Source of the DNA: the human T2T-CHM13v2.0 reference genome, Homo sapiens
Assembly (NCBI RefSeq): GCF_009914755.1
Contig: NC_060931.1
Length of the DNA stretch: 64,000 bases
Reading direction: 5' to 3' (one strand)
The notes beneath the pieces were generated by a model that was given only the letters and a program-made list of their open reading frames with translations, was not told the DNA's origin and made no database searches. Below are positions 1-11,099 of the stretch, in pieces (position 1 is the stretch's first letter; every line of letters begins with the position of its first letter). The position numbers and the translations under genes were made by a program.

Positions 1-689
1 ATGTACTTTACATTTTGCATCTTTAGTAATACACTGTGCTTTCTGCAGAAAAACCTTTTGCAGACCTATGTCCCTGGTGAAGAGAAGTGATAAGATTGTC
101 CAAAATTCAAATTACATCCATTTAAAGACACTGGAGACCAATAAAAGCTGTGGATTTGAGAGACTATGATCGCAGAGGAAAAAGAATTACAAAGGACTCC
201 ACCCAACATTCATTATGGCTTTTTCCTGTTAAAGCAATTGCTAATTCGCAAGCAAAAGGTAAAGGGCTAAGGAACAGAACAGGGCTTCTTAGGGGGTTGA
301 AGGGACTGAAATGTGGTATGGGGACATCAAGGAGAAGGGGTCCTGGTAAATACCCCAGGCAAGAACTGTGAATGTTGATATCAATTCTACTCAGCCAAAG
401 AAGATCCCATGTCACATATGTTTATATTTGTATTTGTGATATGTGTGTATACATATACACATACAAACACACATATTTATTTCAGAGGTGAACCAACGTT
501 GAACCAACTTTTACTAAGATGAAACTGCAATTCTAAACAAGCTCCACCTCTCGCTGAATTGCATTAATATATTCTATCCCTTCTCTCTGGTTGAAGGAGG
601 CAACAGGGAAATTCTCTCATGACAAAGAAAACAGTATCTAGAGATTACCTCCATAATTTTTATACCTAACAGGCAGACAGCATCCCATT

Positions 690-907
690 AGACAATTATC
701 AGACATACCAAGGAAAGAGACCAAGTGTATCAAAGCCAGAAAACAGAAAAGATAATAGAAACAAACCCACAGTTGATGTAGATACTGGAGTTATCAGACA
801 AGGATATTAAAATAAACATGATGAACATAGTTACATAGTTAGATAACAAGGTGGAGAACTTCAATAAAAAGCTGGGAATTAAAAATTAATCACATGGTAA
901 TTCTAAG
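690..907 (+). mobile_element. Ancient L1M (L1MC/L1ME-type) ORF1-region fragment
   Basis: tagaaacaaacccacagttgatgtagatactggagttatcagacaaggatattaaaata...ggagaacttcaa resembles the old L1M ORF1 5' region; highly diverged. Confidence 0.55.
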
Positions 908-1435
908 TAACATAGTGAGCATCACAGTAAATTCTATTCAAATTAGATAACACCATTATTTTTCCAAAAAATTTATAATTTTAAAATGTCTTTGGCCATT
1001 TATTTCTAAAAATTACTCCATTAATATATGAATCTCATAATTATGCTCAAATACAGGCTCTGGCTTTCATTCTCCATCTATAAAAGTGTCATTTTTAATA
1101 TATGTGTTAGACCACTTGAAAATTTCAATTTTCCAATTGCAGTAGAAATGATTACTGTTAATAATTGTATTGCAGTCAAAAGGTTAGCAAAGAGAATGCT
1201 AAAATACTGAAATGACCTAAAGATATTATTTAAACTATGGGCAGCTTGTTTTTCTTTTTCATTTATATCTTTCAGCCTTGTTACAGCATTGAAGGAGATA
1301 AAGTTGAAAGGTAGCCACTTTACTTGCCTGAATTTATCTAAAACTTCAAAAAATTATATAGCAAGTAAAGAAAATGTCTTAAAAACAATGAAATATAATA
1401 TTATTTCACCACTTTTCACATAACGGTCTGAAAAC

Positions 1436-1515
1436 ATATATATATAGAGAGAGAGTTTGTCTATATATATGGTGTTTATATATATGTTTTCAGACATATA
1501 TACCAATATATATAA
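1436..1515. repeat. (TA)n/(GA)n low-complexity tract with inverted arms
   Basis: TA and GA runs visible directly; 19-bp inverted arms at 1426-1444 and 1477-1495. Confidence 0.8.
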
Positions 1516-2084
1516 ATACTCTGGTTTTGTACCTTTGGTGTTTGTATAAATGTGAACACCAAAGATAAAAAAAATAATTCATTCACCACTGAAAATATTA
1601 AGTCAGATGTAATAGCAGAGAAGCTCCAAATTAAAGATTATCCAAGGAGAGTGTAGATTTTATTCAATAAGTGAGGCAATTATTCATTTATGTGTTATCA
1701 TGTTTTTATCATGGATTTAGGTAAAGTGAAGATATCATTAAGTCTCCACATGGATAAAGGAAATAATGCTTAATATATACATTGCCTCTTTTAGACTGTA
1801 TTACATATTCGAATATGACATTTTATATTGCTTTCTATTATTTTATATTTGGAAGTCTTATTTTCCCACCAAGATAATAGTAGCATATTTCATTCTGGAA
1901 ATTTCCAACTCGCATGTGTTATAATTTAAAAAGCATTTTCTATGTCAGAAGTTTGGAATTAAAAAATAAAATAATTAAACAAATATATCCTGCTTCCCTT
2001 TAGAAAGCTAGCACAGAGTAACAACTGGATTTTCTGGGTTCAAGCTGCAGAGTAATATATTCAAGCTATATGAACATGTACAAT

Positions 2085-2240
2085 ATACCTAATCTCTCCG
2101 TACCCTCATTTCCTCATTTTCTAAAAACACATAATAATATTACCTACTTCACAGCATTGCTATGAGAATCAAATGAGTTAATATATAGAAGGGCTTAAAA
2201 AATTCTTGGTACTTAGTAAGCATTTCGTATTTGCTATTGT
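2085..2240 (+). mobile_element. MIR SINE (core)
   Basis: cctcatttcctcattttctaaaa...ataataatattacctacttcacagcattgctatgagaatcaaatgagttaatatat matches the MIR core. Confidence 0.75.
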
Positions 2241-2319
2241 TATTCTTGTGGCCATTACTATCAATCTTATCACTGATATTATTTTATTTTACATTCAGGT
2301 CTCTTTGTTCAGCATGTAT

Positions 2320-2731
2320 TGCCTACCTTTCTGTACCTGGCAAAGTATTTCTCATTTTTAAAACCTGTCCCGAACTCCTAGAAAGAGTGTCTCTTCTTGG
2401 TGTTCCCATAGCACTCTTTGCATGATTTGGTTATTATCAACCAAATGATGTTGAAATTATCTATTTGAGTATCTAAAAGCCCCTTACACACTTCCTACTC
2501 CCTCTATTCTACAAGACTATAAGCTCCTCATGGGAAAGGCTCTTTCTTATATGTTCAGTTTGTCTGATGTACAGCTCTGTCACACGTCCCCAAGTCCACT
2601 CCAGGTTCAGTGACCCACAAGGAGGGATCACAGGACTTAGCATGTAGTTACTTTCCTGGCTATGATTTATTACAGTGAAAGGATACAAAGCTAAATCAGC
2701 AAAGACAAAGGGTGCATGGGGCAAAGACCAG

Positions 2732-2762
<31 letters not shown>

Positions 2763-3200
2763 AGGCACAAGATTCCAAGAGTTCTTTCCCTGTGAAATAT
2801 TCAGAATATGCTCTTTACCTCCAACACAGAATTGTGACAACACATGTGAAGTGTTGTCTACCAGGGAAACTCATCAGAAATTCAGTGTCTAAGGTTTATA
2901 CTGGGGTTTGGTCACATAAATACTCTCTGCCCAGTCTTTAGCAAAACTCTAGACTCCTAGAAGGAAAACCAGGTGTTAAACCACATTTTACACAGCTAGG
3001 CATACCAAGCCACTTTTTTCATGTAGTTAAAGTTTTATATCATTGTAGGGAACTGTTTACCATTAAAGTTCCCAGATGCTAGTCAAGGACCAATCTTGCA
3101 AGCAGGCATGTGTTTTCTGCAAAAGAAACTAGCACATAAAATATATTCAATAACAATTGTGTAAACTGAACTAAATGAGCTATCCAATGAAACAATATTT
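2320..3200 (+). mobile_element. L2 3' fragment interrupted by MER21 LTR
   Basis: gactataagctcctcatgggaaagg before the LTR and ctagcacataaaatatattcaataacaattgtgtaaactgaa after it resemble the L2 3' end. Confidence 0.5.
2578..3123 (-). mobile_element. MER21 (MER21B-like) solo LTR
   Basis: ggctatgatttattacagtgaaaggatacaaag, gttgtctaccagggaaactcat and gttcccagatgctagtcaaggaccaatcttgcaagcagg match the MER21B reverse complement; contains an A30 run at 2732-2761. Confidence 0.8.
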
Positions 3201-3378
3201 CCGATGGTAAGTAAAATAAACCCAACTCTCAAAATGTCATATAACTTATAATGTGAAAATAATGTTAGGTAGTCAAGTACACATTCACCTAATAAACATT
3301 TTTGGACACTCAGATACTGTAATATGTATTGTATTAGGTATGAGACTCTTAAAAATCCAAATACATAGAAGTGATATA

Positions 3379-3688
3379 TAGAATGCTGGCTACAGAAGTG
3401 CAGGAATGGGGAGATGTTGGTCAAAGGGTACAAAGTTGCAGTTACGCAGGATGTATCTGGAGATTTCATACACAGCACGATGACGATAGTTAATAATATC
3501 ATTTTGTGTACTGGCAATTTGCTAACAAAGTAGATACTAGGTGCTCTTACCACACACACACACACAAAGGTAACTATGTGAGGAGAGAGATTCGTTAATT
3601 TGGTCAACTATAGTAATCATTTTACTAAGTATATGTGTATTCAAAAAATCACGTTGTACACCTTATAGACCATAAAAAAGAAAAAAAG
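3379..3688 (+). mobile_element. L1MA9/L1MA10-like 3' end
   Basis: ggaatggggagatgttggtcaaagggtacaaagttgcagtta...ggtaactatgtgagg...cacgttgtacacctt, then an A-rich tail. Confidence 0.8.
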
Positions 3689-6299
3689 ACAAAATAACTG
3701 AATCTAATATATAACGTGCTTTTTATATTTTTGCTTGATTTTCAGAAATTGAGGGAAAAAAATACTCTCCACAAAAACAGGCAAACAAAATCCTGAAATG
3801 GGTCAAAAGCTACGAGTTGGAAGCAAATATAAAAGCTGGGTTTGGCTTGGGGGTTAATCGCAGTATTAGCACTGGGACTGGAGCTCTGCTCTGGCCTTGC
3901 TACAAAGTAGGAGAGCTACATGGGAGCTGGTTGAGGATGAGGGGTCAGAATAAAAAAAGCCTTCTGTAAGCATGTACACTCTAAGCATTTTCTCTCCTCT
4001 CCCACTCTAAGCATGTACAGACCTCCTTAACATTTCCTTATCTCAGATACTTTTTGCTGGGTATAAAACAAAAGTTATTTTAAGTCAAGTTTCCTTCTGT
4101 GTTTTTGTTTTTTGTTTTTTTTTTGTAAAAGTTTAAAATGAAGAAAAAGATAAGTCTAGGTATCTTTAGTCACAGTAAAAAAAAGGAAGAGTGTTTTTAA
4201 GAGCAGTTAAAGGGAACCCCAGCAAGCAATGTGGACTAGTGGAACAGAACCACGCATACAGTCAAATCAAATGAACTAAGAAGCAACATCCTGACTAGCC
4301 AAGAATTATAATGGCATCTCATTATATTATATGATATGTTCACACGTAGAGTGCTGCTGACTGGCAGAGCAATGACCAGATACCTTGGATAAGACCAAGA
4401 TATCAGGCTGATCTTTACTGAAGGTGTAATATGGCTAAATATCAGCAATTTTATAGAACCTTATCTATTAAACATGGATTAATGTGAAGTAATAATCTTA
4501 AAACTTAACACATACAGTTGATATCGCAGCATTTATTCATGTGATAATAAAGATTTTGGTACTGAATAGACATGGACATACTATATTGGACTATGTGTAT
4601 GTATCAGCACACACACATGTGTACAGGGATTGGTAAAGATGGTGGGAACAGAGAAATTAAAAAGAAATAAGAACAAAAAAAGGAATAGGCAAACTCCTGG
4701 TCTTGAACATAAAAATCCTGTTATATGGACAGTGCTTTGGAGTGGGGCAGAGAAAGAGTGACATTTTTATCAAGTGTTCTTGTAAAACATTGCAGTACTC
4801 CCCAATTTGTAATCTCCATCCACACTCACCATTCTGAGAATAAATCAGCCACATCAATGAGGCAGCATTTGGTCTTTAATGTGAATGCCACATTTTCTAG
4901 CATTTCTATCTATATGTAGATATATAATGGAGATGATGAAATTCTTAATTTCTTAATCTTGAAAGATAAAAATTGAAGGAGGTCAGATTATAATATTTAA
5001 TGAGTACCTTTATGAGCCAGACATTGTTCTAAAATTTTATATATTTTATTTCACTTAATGAGCAGATAGCTGCTCATTGGGATAATTTGTTAACATTAAA
5101 AATGTGGTAAAGAATTAAGGCTGGAAGTATCAAATATGAAATAATACAAAAAGCTGTATATTTTTCACTCCTTAAATTAATTCAATTTATGTTGTGGTAC
5201 CTAGCTAATATGCATATAATGACTTTTTCTGGTCAATGTAAACACTAATTTGTCTGAGAGACTAGTATTGATTGATGCAGAGCTATTATCAATATTGGAA
5301 TTTGAGGGTCAGTTATTTTTGAAATGTATAACATTATTGACTGCATAGAGGTTATAACTTACAAAACACACAATATGGTAGAAAAAGATACATTTCAATA
5401 TAAATCATTTGCCATTTCAAAGTTCCATTAATATAGGAAAACATAACTCTCAACTTAGTCATTTCAGAGACATTTTTAAAACAATCTCTAGATTTTACCA
5501 TGAACTTTTATCCTCAGAGCTTTCTGCACAGTGTGGGTGTTGGCAGGAGGTCTACAGGGGCAGGGTGGGGAGAGGACTAGGGAACCATATTCCACCTTTT
5601 TCTTTACCATGATACTCACTGTGAACACAATCTCACTGTGGCCTGTATCTCCAGAGTGGTAAGAGGAACAAAAAGGAAACACAGAAATAGAAAAGTAGAC
5701 AGGGTACTGGAATGTAACTCTTCAGAATAATTTGTTCCAAACTCAAAGAAGGTAATTTAAACCAGCAAAACATCAGGAGCACCTCCAACCATAGGTTCAG
5801 GAATTGCACAGAACCCCCTTAGCATTAAGGGTTCCCATTTAGGCCCCTTCTGTGAGGGATGAGTGAGGGAACAATGAACCCTACGACCTGACCAGAACAC
5901 ATGACCCATTAAGTCTGTCGGGGATGGTTTCTTTCTAGAATGGGGTGTGTGTGCTTGCTGACAGCTCTTATTTTCTTCCAATGTGCAGGATTAAATATCC
6001 TGATCAGCAAAAGGTATTCCTGGTCCCCTTTGCTATGGTTCACTCTATAGCCAATACTTCTGAAAATAGTTTGTCCGTTTAGATTCCAGTGTACTGTGTT
6101 TGTGTTTTTTTAGAATTTTCAAGCCAGTGTGCTAAGGGTCACACAAACGATAACCATGGGAAGGAAATTGTATTAACCTTCATTTCTGCTTTATGTGAAA
6201 ATGATTGAGACTGGTACAATTTCTGTAACTGTTAGACACAGATTAGGATTTGGCATTTGTTTTGTGAGCTATTATTATTTTAGAAATACTAAAATACAT

Positions 6300-6820
6300 A
6301 CATTCATTGAGTGCACTTTATGGATATATTAACTCATTGAATCCTCTTTTCTACTCTGTGAGGTATATGATACTATTATTATTTATTTATTTAATTTATT
6401 TATTTTTCAAGATGGAGTCTTGCTCTGTCACCTGGGTTGGTGTGCAATGGCGCGATCTTGACTCACTGAAACCTCTGCCTCCCAGGTTCAAGCGATTCTC
6501 CTGCCTCAGCCTCTTGAGTACCAGGTGCCCACCACCACACCAGGCTATTTTTTTGTATTTTTAGTAGAGACGGGGTTTCACCAGGTTAGCCAGGCTGGTC
6601 TCGAACTCCCGGCCTTGTGATCTGCCCACCTCAGCTTCCCAAAGTGCTAGGATTACAGGCGTGAGCCACCGCAACCAGCCCTATTATTTATTTTTAAAGA
6701 TTAAAAAACTATGTCACAGAATTTAAGAAATCTACCCAATATAAAGTAGCTAACAAATGACAAAAAGGAATTCACATCCACTCAGCCTGGCCTTCTGGTT
6801 CTGTGTTTGTGGGCATGCCA
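6300..6820 (-). mobile_element. MIR interrupted by Alu
   Basis: tatattaactcattgaatcctc...ctctgtgaggta before the Alu; aaactatgtcacagaatttaagaaatctacccaa after it. Confidence 0.55.
6381..6680 (-). mobile_element. AluS, full length
   Basis: Antisense Alu dimer with (TTTA)-type tail; TSD CTATTATT at 6373-6380 and 6681-6688. Confidence 0.95.
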
Positions 6821-6904
6821 CACCTCCTTTACTGAGTTACTATTCTGTTGTTTGGTGCTTGCCTAAGTTTTTCTAGGTTATCAGTTGTTAGAAGACAAAC
6901 AATT

Positions 6905-7466
6905 TGTAAGGTACATGGATGTGCTTTGGTCAAGAATTAGGCCAAGGCAGACATCCAGGCCTGCATTACTTAGCGAGTTTAGGGTGCAGGCACATACTCC
7001 ATTTGTTATGTAACCTGTTTGTTTAAGCTCCTACTTGGCTCTCAGCCACTATTGTCTGTAGAAGGTATAACTGCCCTGCTGACACTGTACAGGATCTTGG
7101 GCATGGCTTGACATGGCGCTGGCACCCAGAGAAAGAGAGAGAGAGAATCAGAGCTGTCTGTCTTGCAGACGGACAGAGGACAGCTATTGCATGGCTCGTG
7201 CTGGTGCCCAGAGAGAGAAAGAGTTAAGCTGCTGACCCTGAAGGCAAGGGAGAGCCTGCTATGCAGCTGCCGGAAGGGCAGGAGCTGCAGAGCCAGAGCA
7301 GACAGCTGAGATAAAGGTGGACAGTGTTAGAGAGCTAATGTGAGTAAGCTGCTACTGAGAGACCTGCTAAATAAAACTACATTTCACCTGCCTATGGCGC
7401 CCCCGGAGTGTTCTTTCAGCTATCCACCCACTCCCCTTGGACCTCAGCTGGGGCTGGAACCTGACA
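6905..7466 (+). repeat. 5' LTR (LTR18 family)
   Basis: TG...CA termini; AATAAA at ~7369; direct repeat of 9478-10045. Confidence 0.92.
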
Positions 7467-7468
7467 AT

Positions 7469-7486
7469 TGGCATTGTCAGCAGGAT
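7469..7486 (+). other. Primer binding site, tRNA-Ser type
   Basis: TGGCATTGTCAGCAGGAT 2 nt after the LTR; resembles TGGCGTAGTCGGCAGGAT (complement of the tRNA-Ser 3' end) with 3 mismatches. Confidence 0.8.
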
Positions 7487-7493
7487 AAGGTGA

Positions 7494-9302
7494 GTGGGTC
7501 TTCAGCCCCTGAGGGCTCCTGGGTTGGCTCTGTGGCCGCAGCATGGACTGTGGTACCCAGTGGCAGCCATGCTGCGAGGAGGATGGGATCTGATGGAAAC
7601 ATGGGAGGCAGTGGATGGGTCTCCTGTGAGTATGAAGAGGGCACTGAAGTACCTGGAAGTGCACAGCACCAATGAGGAACATGCCTTTGCCAGCAGAGTC
7701 AGACGGGCATTTGTAACTGTGCTGCGGGAGGTGCATGCCCAGTTCCTGCAGGATGCCAGGCAGGGAGGAGGCTCCTCTGCTGCGGGCTCACCCTGTGATC
7801 CATCAGAAGGCAGAACATGAGCAGCCAATGGGACCCCAGGGGAGAGCCCAGGGCCCCCCCACAGTGGTGGAACACAGCTCTTACAGTGCTTATACCCCCA
7901 CTGAGTTGCAGGAGTTAAGCAAGTAATCTCGGCAGTCATGTGCAGACTTAGTGTAAGTCACATGGGAGAAGGACATTGCTGCGCAACCCAGTCCTGCCCA
8001 AGCATTCCAGTTCACAGACTGCCTGCTGCAGTTAGGTGGAAGTGTAAAGCCTTTTCTGTTTGATAAGAGACTGACCAAGATGCCTGGCTTAGGGGGGCAC
8101 TGGACGACCAAAGACCATATGTGGACTTGGCAATCTACTGGACTCTGAACCCGGATAAGTTTCTGGGCAGAGCTGCAGTTATTGACGGTTATGAAGACTG
8201 GTCAGTGAAAGCGAAACCTGTATCTTTGCATCTTGGTATCTGCTGCTTGGTTTTCCGCTCATGAACTGTGTATGTCTCTCCCATGCCTGAGGACATTCTG
8301 GCTGGGGATGTTTTACACGGCTTGGCAGCTGTACCATCTGTCACAGACTTGCTGGACTGCTTAACAATGGAACTGGGATTCTTGTCCAGAGAACCAGGAA
8401 TAGTTTGCCTTCATTGGAGGGTGACAATGGACTTTCACAGTGTTGCTACAGGGCAATATGCATAGCCCCACTCTATGTCATAGTCTTGTTGATGATGTTA
8501 TGTTAACTTCTGATTCTCTTGCAGATTTAAAAGTGGCAACGCCCCTCTTGCCTTAGATTTGGATAAGACTGAGGCAGCCTTTTCCAATAGCCAAGCAGGC
8601 TATTCAGCAGGCTCAAGCCCTGCAGGTAGTTAACCAGGGGCTCCCATTTAAACTTGATGTACATGAAATTACAGATAGTATTGGTTAGAGCCTATGGCAG
8701 TGCATGGAGTACTTGGAAGAACCAGTAAGCTTTTAGTCCCAGCTACATGGAAGGGAGCTGAGCTCTGGTGTTCATTAATAAAGAAGCAGTTAGTAACTGC
8801 ATACACTGCCTTTCAGGCTCATAAGAGCATGTCAGGATGGGTTACAGTCATCATCGTGTGGACAACTTACCCAATAGCAGGATGGGTGCATTCATGGCCC
8901 CCCGGACTGGGATGGCACATATCCACTTTAGTGAAGTGGGGTGCCTACCTGGAAGAATGAAGTACCCTGAGTACAACTCCCTTAGCAGCAGAGTTACAAG
9001 AAGCCTTAGGATCCTAATGCAAGATAAGGCCATGGGGCCTGAGGCACCCCTAGACGCTGAGCTTTCACCATTAGGAAGTGCATCCCCCCATTCCTAATAG
9101 GGCATGGTATACAGATGGGTCTAGCCAAGGTGCTACTGCTGCCTGGACTGGTGTCACAATCCAGCCTAGTACTGACACGATGTGGTTTGAAACCAGGTGT
9201 AGGCAAAGTAGCTAATGAGCTGAATTCAGGGCACTGTGAATGGTAATCACCAAGGAGACAACACCTATGGTAATCTGCACCTATAGCTGGGCAGTTTATC
9301 AA
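7494..9302 (+). pseudogene. Degenerate HERV-S gag-pro-pol segments
   Basis: gag-like GLWYPVAAML...REVHAQ (ORF 7494-7820); protease-like VYVSPMPEDIL; RT-like QWTFTVLLQG..HSPTLCH joined directly to DDVML; RNase H-like WYTDGS; many stops and frameshifts; no integrase. Confidence 0.8.
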
Positions 9303-9477
9303 AGCCCCTGTGTATGTATCAAGGCTGCGTGCCCAAACCTGCGTCCCAGAGCATATGTGTCAGGTTTATGTGTCTGGGGCCTATGTGCCAAAGCTGTATA
9401 GTGGGTCTGCATGCCTAAAGCTATGTATCAAACCTGTTTGTCCAAAACCTATGTCTCCCTCAACCTAGTGGGTAGAG

Positions 9478-10045
9478 TGTAAGGTACATGGATGTGCTTT
9501 GGTCAAGAATTAGGCCAAGGCAGACATCCAGGCCTGCATGACTCAGCAAGTTTAGGGTGCAGGCACATATTCTGCTTGTTACATAATCTGTTTATGTAAG
9601 TTCATACTTGGCTCTGAGCCACTATTGTCTGTAGAAGGTATAACTGCCCTGCTGACACTGTAAGGGCTCCTGGGCATGGCTTGACATGGCGCTGGTACCC
9701 AGAGAAAGAGAGAGAACCAGAGGTGTCCATCTGCAAGACAGAGAGGAGTCATGGCAGGACTCCTGCTGGTGCCCAGAGACAGAAAGAGTTAAGCTGCTGA
9801 CCCTGAAGGCAAGGGAGAGACGGCCATGCTGTTGTAGGCATGGGGTCAGCAGGCGCCGCAGAGCTGGAGCAGACAGCGGAGATAAAGGTGAACAATGTGA
9901 GAGAGCTAATGTGATTAAGCTGCTGATGAGAGAGCTGCTGAATAAAACTACATTTCACCTGCCTATGGCCCCCGAGTGTTCTTTCAGCTATCTGCCATTC
10001 ATCCACCCACTACCCTTGGACCTCAGCTGGGGCTGGAACCTGATA
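9478..10045 (+). repeat. 3' LTR (LTR18 family)
   Basis: Preceded by PPT-like AGTGGGTAGAG (9467-9477); ends CCTGATA (terminal CA mutated) followed by the TSD; AATAAA at 9941-9946. Confidence 0.92.
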
Positions 10046-10651
10046 CAATTGAGAAACAAAAAAAAGGGAGATCCCATAGATTTAACTGAGGAGAAAGGAA
10101 AAGAGTGACATAATTTTAAGAAGAGATTTTTAATGTATAATCTGGCACAAATCAATAATTTTCCAAAAAAAGGATTATCTAGGTCAGCCTTCCCCAATGC
10201 CAGTTGAATTTTCTGAACCATTCTCTCAATGTCCACAAGGCGAGTAGCAAATGGGAGATATTATTAGATACTGCCAATTAAATAAGAGTTAAAATGTGTT
10301 CATTTTTATATAAATAATTCAACAAAAATTGGCAATTCACAGACTTGTGAACCAGATGAATACAAACTATGAATATTTGATTAAGATTCTCAGAACTCTC
10401 TGTCTTTAATGAGTAAATTTTGGAAGTGCTTTCTGTAGAAGAGTGACTCAGGGAGAAAATAGCAGTACAGAGAATAGAGCAAATACCCACTATGAGGCAT
10501 AAGTTGAGGAAAAGTAGGTCATGCTTTCATACTTAGCAATCTAAGGAAAGTAAATATAGAAATCTACAAAATATGCATCGGATAATTTATTAAATAATTT
10601 CTTCTGCCATTTCATAGGAGGGAGCTTTCACCTTTCACACTAACCCTTTTT

Positions 10652-10782
10652 CATACATATATACATATATATATATACACATATATATACATATATACAC
10701 TATATATACATATATACATATATATACATGCATATATATATACATATATATACACATACATATATATACATATATATATATA
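10652..10782. repeat. (TA)n/(TACA) compound microsatellite
   Basis: Directly visible ~130-bp alternating purine-pyrimidine tract. Confidence 0.95.
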
Positions 10783-11099
10783 TTTTAAAAAACCATCACC
10801 CACTCCTCTCATGGGTAAAATACTTAAATGTTGAGCATATCTTATTAGCATTTGATTTATACATCACAAATATGTGTCTTTTGTTGAATTATCATTGTTG
10901 GTCTAGTAGGTTTGTCTTATTACTTGCCACATATTTAAAAGGTCCTCTTCAATTAGATCACATTAAGCTCAAAACAGGAAAGATGACATTGAGGAGTCTG
11001 GGGATGTCACTCCTTCAGTAAATGACTTTAGCATAAAAATGAGATGACAGAAGGATTCTTTACAAATCTCAATATTTGAAGAAAAAGTATGTTCTGGGT

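Larger units (their letters stand above)
6905..10045 (+). mobile_element. HERV-S / HERVL18 provirus (LTR18-int-LTR18), internally deleted
   Basis: Two ~565-bp direct LTRs starting TGTAAGGTACATGG; 5-bp TSD CAATT (6900-6904, 10046-10050); tRNA-Ser-type PBS; purine tract before the 3' LTR; gag/pro/RT/RNaseH remnants. Confidence 0.92.

Noticed and set aside
7340-10108. ORFs of 85-145 aa in the provirus as novel genes
   Set aside because: LTR-derived, antisense or truncated gag frames of a defective ERV
10651-11021. Tyr/Ile-rich ORFs
   Set aside because: Translation of the TA/CA microsatellite
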